The notes under the pieces were generated by a model. It worked only from the letters and a program-made list of their open reading frames with translations, did not search any database and had not been told where the DNA came from. Source: Synechococcus elongatus PCC 6301 (lineage in GTDB: Bacteria; Cyanobacteriota; Cyanobacteriia; Synechococcales; Synechococcaceae). From it: a stretch of 32,000 nt of DNA. The translations under genes and the position numbers were made by a program. The stretch spans positions 2,220,001-2,252,000 of the forward strand of contig NC_006576.1 of NCBI RefSeq assembly GCF_000010065.1. Reading direction: 5' to 3'. Shown here in pieces: positions 10,268 through 17,896 of the stretch; the stretch's first letter is position 1; every line of letters starts with the position of its first letter.

Positions 10268-11137
10268 ATGTCGCTAAGTCCTCGTGCTGAACCCTTTCTC
10301 TGGATTCATCTAGCAGGACTGGCGACAGTGCCGTTATGGGCGGCTCTTTTTCTGTTTGCGATCGCCAATCCTGATCCCTTTCTGCCCCCAGGATTTACAG
10401 CGCTGCTGGCGGGGATCCTTGGGATTGGCTCTGTGCTGTGGATGCAGCTACGCCGGCCGTTCTATATCTTTTCCCTAGCGATTCTGGCCTTGCGACCCGA
10501 GGCTTTACAAGAGCATCAACGTAAACTATTGCGCTGGTTCCTCTCCGGTCTCAATCGCATTTTGGCGATCACCACGGCGATCGGACTGGGACTGCTGTTG
10601 ATTCAGCTCTATCGCTGGCTGCCGATTGTGCAGCTGCAAAACCCACTGGCGGCGTTGGATCCCTTCCCTGCATTTCTACTGGCGATCGTGACCGTTTGGG
10701 TACTCAGCCTGTTTGTTCAGGTGCCGGTCAGTGTCGCGCCCTTGCTCTGGCTCTCAGATACCGCGATCGCGAACACGGAACCTCTCGCACCGGGGCAAGT
10801 TGCTCAGCAGTTCACAATTCTCGGTTTGCCCTTGAAAGGCCTGCTCCCTGCCCAGTGGTATGGCGATCAGGGCTTGTCTGAGGTCTCGGAAGCGAATTGG
10901 TCCCAACCACTCGTGAGTCCGACACCTGTTGAGACGGTGGCAATGACGGAGACGGAAGCCGTTGTTCAGCCCGAAGGAGCCGCTTCACCTGAAGAGTCAT
11001 CAACTGCGGTCGTCACCTCTCCAGTCGATCTAGTTTCTGAGGCGGTCAGCTCAGACGTCAGCTCAGTCAGCGCGATCGCCACCTCCAATCCAGAAGATGC
11101 AACGACTGAGGAAACAGCTGAAGAGACTGCCTCCTGA
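10268..11137 (+). CDS. Membrane protein with low-complexity tail (cyanobacterial type)
   Basis: Hydrophobic segments (LAGLATVPLWAALFLFAIANPD, FTALLAGILGIGSVLWM, ILAITTAIGLGLLLIQLYRW) then an acidic/Ser/Thr/Glu-rich C-terminus. ATG at 10268 preferred over the ORF-track start, which overlaps infB. Confidence 0.7.
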   Translation: MSLSPRAEPFLWIHLAGLATVPLWAALFLFAIANPDPFLPPGFTALLAGILGIGSVLWMQLRRPFYIFSLAILALRPEALQEHQRKLLRWFLSGLNRILAITTAIGLGLLLIQLYRWLPIVQLQNPLAALDPFPAFLLAIVTVWVLSLFVQVPVSVAPLLWLSDTAIANTEPLAPGQVAQQFTILGLPLKGLLPAQWYGDQGLSEVSEANWSQPLVSPTPVETVAMTETEAVVQPEGAASPEESSTAVVTSPVDLVSEAVSSDVSSVSAIATSNPEDATTEETAEETAS

Positions 11138-11200
11138 TGTTTTGAGATCAGCCAGCGAAGCCTCGGCAATCCGCTGTCTTTGGATCCCTAGGGCTAGACC

Positions 11201-11446
11201 CTAAGAAGACTTCTTCTGCTCCAGCCGCAGGAGACTGACCATCAAAGCCACAACACCCAGTTGGAGGGCGAGGTTGGGGAGAGTAGTAGCTAAAGATTCA
11301 CCGGCGATCGCCTTCAGCAAGAAAATGAATCCCCCGATCGCTCCCGAGGCCGCAAAAACGGCGTAGAAGGTGCGGCGCAAGCCTCGATAGGGAGCAACAA
11401 CCTCTGCCTGTAGGCGAGCGCGTTGTTGGGGATCTAAATGAGACAC
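11201..11446 (-). CDS. DUF3493 / low-PSII-accumulation-3-like small membrane protein
   Basis: 81 aa: RARLQAEVVAPYRGLRRTFYAVFAASGAIGGFIFLLKAIAGE...LALQLGVVALMVSLLRLEQ. Confidence 0.65.
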   Translation of the reverse strand: MSHLDPQQRARLQAEVVAPYRGLRRTFYAVFAASGAIGGFIFLLKAIAGESLATTLPNLALQLGVVALMVSLLRLEQKKSS

Positions 11447-11506
11447 AGGTTTTTCGCCGAAACTTGTCCTGATCCTAGTGGCTCCTGATACAATCAGAGA
11501 CCGTGC

Positions 11507-11578
11507 GCCGATGTAGCTCAGTGGTAGAGCACTCGATTCGTAATCGAGCGGTCAGGGGTTCAAATCCCCTCATCGGCT
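11507..11578 (+). tRNA. tRNA-Thr (anticodon CGT)
   Basis: Cloverleaf readable by eye: acceptor GCCGATG/CATCGGC, anticodon stem-loop CTCGA-TTCGTAA-TCGAG, T-arm CAGGGGTTCAAATCCCCTC region. Discriminator T, no encoded CCA. Confidence 0.95.
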
Positions 11579-11659
11579 TTTTTAGCTCTTAGCTGCCGCA
11601 ACTCCCGATGATTGCAGGGATCAAGATTGCGATCGCCTTAATTCCAGCTCAACGTCTTC

Positions 11660-11953
11660 CTAGCCTTGGCGCAGCACCATCGTCAACAATCCCTGTTGCC
11701 CCAGCAGTATCTCGCGGAGCAGGCTGATCAGCGCAACCCAGATGATCGGCGAAATATCGACGCCGCCTAGGGGGGGGATCAAGCGACGGGTTGGAGCAAG
11801 AAACGGTTCAGTGGGGAGGGCGATCGCGCGGTAGGGCCCCTGTTGCAGATCGACCTGGGGATACCAAGTCAACACAATCCGAAAAATGAACAGGAGGGTC
11901 ATGCCAGCCAGCACACCGCCCAAAATCCAGCTAAACCACAGCAAGGGTTGCAT
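11660..11953 (-). CDS. YggT/YlmG family membrane protein
   Basis: 97 aa: IFRIVLTWYPQVD...RAIALPTEPFLAPTRRLIPPLGGVDISPIIWVALISLLREILLG. Confidence 0.88.
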   Translation of the reverse strand: MQPLLWFSWILGGVLAGMTLLFIFRIVLTWYPQVDLQQGPYRAIALPTEPFLAPTRRLIPPLGGVDISPIIWVALISLLREILLGQQGLLTMVLRQG

Positions 11954-12107
11954 CGATACTCTTCCTACAGCGCTGACCTTATCCTAGGGGACGTCGACCT
12001 TTGGCTTGGGGGACGGTCTGTCTAGAAATAGCCGATCGCTTCTCAATTGCGAGGACAGGTCGATACAATCATGAGACGAAACTTAGAGCTGCCGAGGGAG
12101 TTCATTT

Positions 12108-12227
12108 ATGACGCCGACGTTGTCTGCTTTCATCTGGAGCCTTGTTCTGGGAGGTGTCATTGTGGTGATTCCTCTGACGGTTGCGCTCATCTTCATCAGC
12201 CAAACGGATAAAGTCCGTCGCAGCTAG
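12108..12227 (+). CDS. psbX: Photosystem II reaction centre protein PsbX
   Basis: Manual translation of a short ORF absent from the track: [39 protein letters not shown] (39 aa), single TM with SQTDKVRR end typical of PsbX. Confidence 0.88.
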   Translation: MTPTLSAFIWSLVLGGVIVVIPLTVALIFISQTDKVRRS

Positions 12228-12245
12228 ACTCACAGGTTTGCCAAG

Positions 12246-12275
12246 ACAGCCTGAGTCGTTGTGCTTAGGCTGTTT
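12246..12275 (+). terminator. Putative intrinsic terminator of psbX
   Basis: ACAGCCTGAG-TCGTTGTG-CTTAGGCTGT, ten-position stem with one mismatch, followed by a short T run (TTTC). Confidence 0.5.
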
Positions 12276-12344
12276 CACGCTACAGGTCCATCGGCACCGG
12301 CCGCTAAGATGTAGAGTATCGAGCCGCGTCTGCGGAGGATCGTA

Positions 12345-13178
12345 ATGGTTAACGCCAGTCTGAACTGGGCCAGCATTGTTGGCATTGTTTTGGCAGTTGG
12401 TGGAGCACTTCTCTACTTCCTGCGGACGATTCGCCCAGCTCTCGCCCGCGACTACGACGTCTTTTTCGCCGCGGTGGGTCTGCTCTGTGGCGGTATTCTC
12501 TTTTTCCAAGGCTGGCGCCTCGATCCGATTCTGCAGTTCGGCCAATTTTTGTTGGCTGGAACGACGGTCTTTTTTGCCTACGAAGCCCTACGGCTACGCG
12601 GAATTGCGACAGAGCAAGCGAAGCGCAACACGCCGTTGATTGACGACGATCGCCCCGTCAGTCGCGTCTATCGCTACGAACCCGAAGATGGCTACGATCG
12701 CTTCGAGGACCGCGCCCCTGCACCGGAACGCCGCCTGCGTGGGAGTCGCTTCCAGCGGGAAGAGCTAGAAGAGGATAGCTACGATATGCCGATGCGACCG
12801 CCCCGTTCTCGCCGAGCGGAGCCTCCAGCCTTCGAGAGTCGCGTCAGCAGCCGTCGTTCCCCAGCGCGGGATGACTGGGATGACTACGGCACCCCTCTGC
12901 CAGCGACCGATCGCTTTGTCGAAGAGTATTCAGAACCAGAGCCGGCACCAGAGCCCGCTCGTCCTCAGCGTCGCCTAACCGGGGTTTCCGACCGCATGCC
13001 CCGTAGCTCTCGACGATCGCGGACGGAAGAGTCAGCTGCTGCTAGCCGCCGCAGCCGTCCTGCTGCCCGAGATTCTCAGCCTTCGGCTGATGAACCCTAC
13101 GTGGACTTCCAGCCCCTCAACACCAGCCGTAGTCCTAAGCCTGACGAAGACGATAACTCGAGCCAATTTGACGACTAG
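12345..13178 (+). CDS. ycf66: Ycf66 family protein
   Basis: MVNASLNWASIVGIVLAVGGALLYFLRTIRPALARDYDVFFAAVGLLCGGILFFQGWRLDPILQFGQFLLAG; Arg/Glu/Ser-rich disordered C-terminus. Confidence 0.85.
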   Translation: MVNASLNWASIVGIVLAVGGALLYFLRTIRPALARDYDVFFAAVGLLCGGILFFQGWRLDPILQFGQFLLAGTTVFFAYEALRLRGIATEQAKRNTPLIDDDRPVSRVYRYEPEDGYDRFEDRAPAPERRLRGSRFQREELEEDSYDMPMRPPRSRRAEPPAFESRVSSRRSPARDDWDDYGTPLPATDRFVEEYSEPEPAPEPARPQRRLTGVSDRMPRSSRRSRTEESAAASRRSRPAARDSQPSADEPYVDFQPLNTSRSPKPDEDDNSSQFDD

Positions 13179-13186
13179 GGAGTCCT

Positions 13187-13780
13187 GTGCCGCGCCGTCG
13201 TCGCTGGAGTGATCGTCGCCGTTGGCTGGGGTTACTAGCCGGAGTTGCGGTATTGCTAGGCATTGGAGCCGCCCTGCTCAGCTGGTTTTTGCGGCCCGGT
13301 GCAGTGGTAGTGACCCCTAATCTCAACAGTCGCTATAGCGAGTCTCAGCCTGCCCTTAGTGGTGATGGCCGTTACTTGGCCTACGTAGCCGAGCGAGATG
13401 GCCACCGTACGATTTATCTCTACGATCTGCAAAGGCGTCAACTACAGCCTCTGCCAGGGTTCGCCGATCGCGATGCGATCGCAGAATCCCCCAGCTTGAG
13501 TTGGACTGGTCGCTACATTGCTTACGTGGGTAGCGATCGCGGTCGCCCCGAAATTCAGGTCTATGACCGGGCTACCCAGCGGCGTGAGGTCCTGACCCAA
13601 GGCTGGCGAGGCTGGGTTCGGCAACCCAGTATCAGTCCTGATGGTCGGTTGGTCGCCTTTGAAAGCAGTCGCCGTGGCCAGTGGGACATTGAACTGTTTG
13701 ATCGCGGGGAGTTGACTGAACTCGATCGCCCCGAGGGGAGCCGCGAGAGTTCCGCCCCGATCGCCTCCCCACAGCCATGA
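13187..13780 (+). CDS. TolB-like/WD40-like beta-propeller-repeat protein (half-size), TM-anchored
   Basis: N-terminal hydrophobic anchor, then PDxxRPA-like repeats PALSGDGRYLAYVAERDG...IYLYD, PSLSWTGRYIAYVGSDRG, PSISPDGRLVAFESSRRGQWDIELFD. Confidence 0.8.
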   Translation: MPRRRRWSDRRRWLGLLAGVAVLLGIGAALLSWFLRPGAVVVTPNLNSRYSESQPALSGDGRYLAYVAERDGHRTIYLYDLQRRQLQPLPGFADRDAIAESPSLSWTGRYIAYVGSDRGRPEIQVYDRATQRREVLTQGWRGWVRQPSISPDGRLVAFESSRRGQWDIELFDRGELTELDRPEGSRESSAPIASPQP

Positions 13781-14304
13781 AGCAGCGATCGCCGTGGTTA
13801 CTTCGAGGGCTAGCACTGCTCCTGAGCCTGATTTTGATGGGGTGTTCTGGTGCTCCGCGCTTGATAGCCTTGCCCAGCGGTGATCGCGGGGTAAACAGTC
13901 GCTATGCAGAGTTATTCCCGAGTCTGGGCGATCGCTCGCTACTGGTCTTTGTCTCCGATCGCCGGGGTAGCCGGGATGCGTATCTCTACAGTGTTGAACA
14001 GCGCCAGCAGATTCCTTTACCTGGGCTGAATAGCCTGGATTTACTGGTCGAACATCCGGCAATTTCCGCTGATGGGAACTGGATCGCCTTTGCTGGAAGT
14101 CGGGGCGATCGCACCAACATCTACCTCTACGATCGCCGCAGCCAGCAGCTCCGCAACCTGACCGCCGATCTAGAGGCGATCGTGCGCAATCCTAGCCTGA
14201 GTCGCGACGGACAGCGGATTGCCTTTGAGGCAGCGCTGGGTGGTCAGTGGGACGTGTTGGTCTATGACCGCGATGCTGGCCCGCTCGATTTCATTCAGCC
14301 CTAG
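13777..14304 (+). CDS. TolB-like beta-propeller-repeat protein (half-size), probable lipoprotein
   Basis: Lipobox-like LILMGCSG then repeats PSLGDRSLLVFVSDRRG, PAISADGNWIAFAGSRGD...IYLYDRR, PSLSRDGQRIAFEAALGGQWDVLVYDRD. ATGA overlap with the preceding ORF. Confidence 0.8.
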   Translation: MKQRSPWLLRGLALLLSLILMGCSGAPRLIALPSGDRGVNSRYAELFPSLGDRSLLVFVSDRRGSRDAYLYSVEQRQQIPLPGLNSLDLLVEHPAISADGNWIAFAGSRGDRTNIYLYDRRSQQLRNLTADLEAIVRNPSLSRDGQRIAFEAALGGQWDVLVYDRDAGPLDFIQP

Positions 14305-15524
14305 TCTTGAGCACTGATGAGGTCGCCGCCGCTTGAGTTCTGGGCGATCACCCCACCTAGGGGACTGAGATTGGTGTTCTGGTAGAAATGCGAAAGAATG
14401 CGGCGGTAGTCTACGCCTTGGCTGGCGAGGCCATAGGCCCCCCACTGGCTGAGACCCAAACCATGGCCATAGCCGCGGCCAATAATCGTGAACTGGCTGG
14501 GGGGTTGGGGGGCTGGATTGGGTCGGAGGAAGTCGAACCAATTGCTGCTGGCTTCACTGCTGACGGTGAATAGACTGCTGCGGAGATTTAAGGCACGACG
14601 TACTTCATCTCCTTTAACCACCCGGCTGCCGCGATCGCCCGTGATGCGCAAATCTCGAATGCGGCCGAAGGGCGTTGTTTGGAGGGGCTCAGTCTGGAGA
14701 ATCCGGCCGACGCCGGTTAGCTTGGCTGAGAGCTCTTGCACCGAAAAACTTTGACTCCAGTTAAAGACTGGTGCGTTTTGGTCGTAGTCTTGGACCCCTC
14801 GTAGGTAGGGCAGGGGCTTGCCCCAGACATCTTCGACGTTTTCAGTATGTCCGCCACTGGAGGCGTGGAAGACGGCTTCAATGACACGGTTGTTGTAGGT
14901 CAGGACTTGGCCGGCTGTGGCATTGACCGCTGCGATCGTGGTTGGGGCTTCACTGGCGATCCCTTTGTAGACCTGCCAAGTCGTGGAATTGCCAACATCA
15001 AAGCGAGGATCGCGGTTGCGATCGCGACGGTAGAGCACAAAAGAGCGAGCGGCCACAGCTTGGGCTTTCAGAGCCTCTGTTGGCCAACTGGCATAGACCT
15101 CGCTGCCGACAACGCTGTAAAGATAGGACTCCAGCCCGACATGATTGATGGCCGTGACTGCCCCTTGATCCAGAATCAGTTGCAGGCGCCCTCGATACCA
15201 GCGATCGCCAACCCAAACGAGACCGTCATTCGTCGGTTCTAGCCAAATTTGCCGAGCCCGGAATGAACCGAGCTGCACCTGTCCATTGGCGGAGGGCTGG
15301 GCGTAGCTACCTTGCTGAGTGGGAAGTTGCCCAATCTGCTGGCCTTGCTCATTGCGGATGATCGCGGGAGTCGAGCTGCCAACCCGAATCTGGGGGCGGG
15401 CGATCGCAATACCCACGCGGATGGTGGGAGCCGCTTGAGCGCTGGCTGGCGGACTGAAAGTCGGAAGAACAGCGATCGCTGCAAGGCTGGCGAACAACGC
15501 CGACCGGAGGGTTGCCATGGGCAT
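14301..15524 (-). CDS. SpoIID/LytB domain protein (exported)
   Basis: Signal-peptide-like N-terminus plus VVGSEVYASWPTEALKAQAVAARSFVLYRR...QVLTYNNRVIEAVFHASSGGHTENVEDVWG...GRGYGHGLGLSQWGAYGLA. Confidence 0.92.
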   Translation of the reverse strand: MPMATLRSALFASLAAIAVLPTFSPPASAQAAPTIRVGIAIARPQIRVGSSTPAIIRNEQGQQIGQLPTQQGSYAQPSANGQVQLGSFRARQIWLEPTNDGLVWVGDRWYRGRLQLILDQGAVTAINHVGLESYLYSVVGSEVYASWPTEALKAQAVAARSFVLYRRDRNRDPRFDVGNSTTWQVYKGIASEAPTTIAAVNATAGQVLTYNNRVIEAVFHASSGGHTENVEDVWGKPLPYLRGVQDYDQNAPVFNWSQSFSVQELSAKLTGVGRILQTEPLQTTPFGRIRDLRITGDRGSRVVKGDEVRRALNLRSSLFTVSSEASSNWFDFLRPNPAPQPPSQFTIIGRGYGHGLGLSQWGAYGLASQGVDYRRILSHFYQNTNLSPLGGVIAQNSSGGDLISAQD

Positions 15525-15638
15525 TAAATTGACTCACTCCACACCACAGATCCGAAGCTGCCGGACGCTGGCAACTGACTGCAGGTTCCGCTGCTGTCCT
15601 GTGACAGGATAGGGAACGAATCTCCATTCCTCAACCCC

Positions 15639-16820
15639 TTGCAGGTCACTTTTCTTGGTACGAGTTCCGGCGTACCCACGCGATCGCGCAATGTCTCGGC
15701 CGTTGCACTGCGCTTGCCCCAGCGTGCCGAGGTCTGGCTGTTTGACTGTGGCGAGGGCACACAGCATCAATTTCTGCGGAGTGAACTGCGGATCAGTCAG
15801 CTACGGCGCATCTTCGTCACCCACATGCACGGCGATCATGTCTTCGGTTTGATGGGGTTGTTGGCCAGTGTGGGTTTGGCGGGAAATCCAGAGCGCATCG
15901 ACCTCTATGGTCCCAAGCCCCTGCGTGATTATTTGCAGGCCTGCGCCCAGCATTCGCGCACCCATATCAACTATCCGTTGCAGATTGCGACGGTGCAGCC
16001 GGGAGTGATCTACGAAGATGCAGAGATCGTTGTCAGTTGTGCGCCCTTGCATCACCGTGTGCCGGCCTTTGGCTACCGCATTCAAGAGCGCGATCGCCCC
16101 GGTCGGTTTGATGTTGAGAAAGCACGATCGCTGGGCATTCCGCCAGGGCCAATTTACAAGCAACTGAAGGATGGCGAGACGGTCACTCTAGAAGATGGTC
16201 GCCAGATTGACGGTCGGCAGCTCTGCGGCCCAACAGAGCGCGGCCGTAGCATGGTCTATTGCACCGACACGATTTTCTGTGAGTCAGCGATCGCACTGGC
16301 TCAGGATGCCGATGTCCTGATTCACGAGTCGACCTTTTCCGATCGCGATCGCGAGATGGCTGAGCAGCGCTTGCATGCGACGGCGACAATGGCAGCAGAG
16401 GTCGCCAAACAAGCGGGTGTCCGGCAGTTGATCCTCACCCACTTCAGCCCGCGTTATGCCCCAGGCAATGAGCAGACCCTCGATGATTTGCTCGCGGAAG
16501 CCCAGGCCATTTTCCCGCAGACGATGCTGGCCAAGGATTTCCTCAGCTACGATGTGCCCCGCCGTCTAGCTGCAGATGCAGATGAGCCGACGGAAGTTCC
16601 AGCCGTCGCTAAAAGCCCGAGTCAGCCAGAGCCCAGCGCGATCGTTCCTGACTCGCGGCGGAAGCCTCAAATTACCAAGGAAGTGTTGGTGGCTCGCTTC
16701 AGTGGAGAAGGAGAACCAGCCCATCGTGCCGCCTATCGCTACCTGCGGGAAACCTGCGGTGTGACCCCTAAAGGGCGGAGCTGGGAGGCTGTGCTGGCAG
16801 CCTTCAACAGCTTGGATTAG
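15639..16820 (+). CDS. rnz: Ribonuclease Z (tRNA 3'-processing endonuclease)
   Basis: [24 protein letters not shown] and the metal-binding [10 protein letters not shown] motif. Probable TTG start. Extended C-terminus. Confidence 0.92.
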   Translation: MQVTFLGTSSGVPTRSRNVSAVALRLPQRAEVWLFDCGEGTQHQFLRSELRISQLRRIFVTHMHGDHVFGLMGLLASVGLAGNPERIDLYGPKPLRDYLQACAQHSRTHINYPLQIATVQPGVIYEDAEIVVSCAPLHHRVPAFGYRIQERDRPGRFDVEKARSLGIPPGPIYKQLKDGETVTLEDGRQIDGRQLCGPTERGRSMVYCTDTIFCESAIALAQDADVLIHESTFSDRDREMAEQRLHATATMAAEVAKQAGVRQLILTHFSPRYAPGNEQTLDDLLAEAQAIFPQTMLAKDFLSYDVPRRLAADADEPTEVPAVAKSPSQPEPSAIVPDSRRKPQITKEVLVARFSGEGEPAHRAAYRYLRETCGVTPKGRSWEAVLAAFNSLD

Positions 16821-17033
16821 CAGCGATCGCTGAACTTGTCACAAGTTTGCAACGGAGCCTAACAACTTTCTCATTTGCCTCGCCCCTGCATGGTAAATAT
16901 TGAGGATGGTTTTGGTTGCCTTTGGCTGCTGCAAATCATTTTGCCCTGTAGCCAAACCGCCTCAACCTCTTCATCACATTGGGCTGGCGAGAGCTGTCCT
17001 CTTCGAGAGCTAGTCAGGAGCAGTTCACCATCC

Positions 17034-17537
17034 ATGGTTTTCAAGACGCTGAGAAGAACCCTCTGGCTGACTTTGGCGGCCCTGCTTGCCGTGTTTCAGT
17101 TCAATCTTGGTGCCGCTCAGGCCGCTGAACTGACAGCAGAAACTCGCACAGTCAAGCTGAATCCCCAAGGCGACAATGTCACGTTGAGCCTGAAGCAGGT
17201 GGCTGAAGGCAAACAACTGTTCGCCTATGCCTGCGGTCAATGCCATGTGGGTGGCATTACCAAGACTGACCCGAACGTGGGTCTTGATCCTGAGGCTTTG
17301 GCGCTGGCCACCCCGCCTCGCGATAGCGTCGAAAGCTTGGTGGACTATCTGCATAACCCCACCACCTACGATGGTGAGCGCGAGATTTCGGAATTGCACC
17401 CCAGCACCAAGAGCACCGATATCTTCCCGAAAATGCGTAACCTGACGGAAGACGATCTGGTGGCAATCTCGGGTCACATTCTGCTGCAACCCAAGATCGT
17501 CGGTACTAAGTGGGGCGGCGGCAAGATTTACTACTAA
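17034..17537 (+). CDS. psbV: Cytochrome c-550 (photosystem II extrinsic protein PsbV)
   Basis: 167 aa from ATG 17034 with signal peptide ending AQA-A; haem motif CGQCH; AELTAETRTVKLNPQGDNVTLSLKQVAEGKQLFAYACGQCHVGG...DLVAISGHILLQPKIVGTKWGGGKIYY. Confidence 0.96.
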   Translation: MVFKTLRRTLWLTLAALLAVFQFNLGAAQAAELTAETRTVKLNPQGDNVTLSLKQVAEGKQLFAYACGQCHVGGITKTDPNVGLDPEALALATPPRDSVESLVDYLHNPTTYDGEREISELHPSTKSTDIFPKMRNLTEDDLVAISGHILLQPKIVGTKWGGGKIYY

Positions 17538-17569
17538 GCCGCGATTCTCGCTATTCAAGTTTGAACCAG

Positions 17570-17595
17570 AGCCGGGCCGAGCGTCCGGCTTTTTT
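17570..17595 (+). terminator. Intrinsic terminator downstream of psbV
   Basis: AGCCGG...CCGGCT stem followed by T5. Confidence 0.75.
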
Positions 17596-17781
17596 GTAGT
17601 GGCTTGTAGAACACACATCGTTGAGCAAAAAATTTAGGACGTTTATCTCTGAACTAATCAGCCTCAAGTCTGTGGTCAACACCGGCTAGTTTTACCCGTT
17701 GCGATCGCTTCTCCACCGATAAGTCCTACCCGAAATCTTGTTGCGGGGGGCTGGGGGAGTCGAGTCCCCTAGTGCATGGGT

Positions 17782-17805
17782 GTGGGGGTGCGCAATCACC
17801 CCCAC
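17782..17805. other. Strong perfect stem-loop in the convergent psbV / SbcC-like intergenic region
   Basis: GTGGGGGTG-CGCAAT-CACCCCCAC: 9-bp perfect stem, 6-nt loop, no T tract on either side. Confidence 0.8.
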
Positions 17806-17896
17806 GGACAGCGGCTGTTGATTCTAAGCCAACTCCTTCGTCAAATTGTCCTCACCCGATAGAAGGCTGCTATGGCTGACTGCTTTAAACGGGCAA

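Noticed and set aside
12102-12545. 147 aa minus-strand ORF across psbX and the ycf66 start
   Set aside because: Overlaps two well-supported + strand genes; the product looks like non-coding translation.
13442-14062. 206 aa minus-strand ORF opposite the TolB-like pair
   Set aside because: Both + strand ORFs show repeat conservation and anchor/lipobox signals; the antisense ORF shows none.
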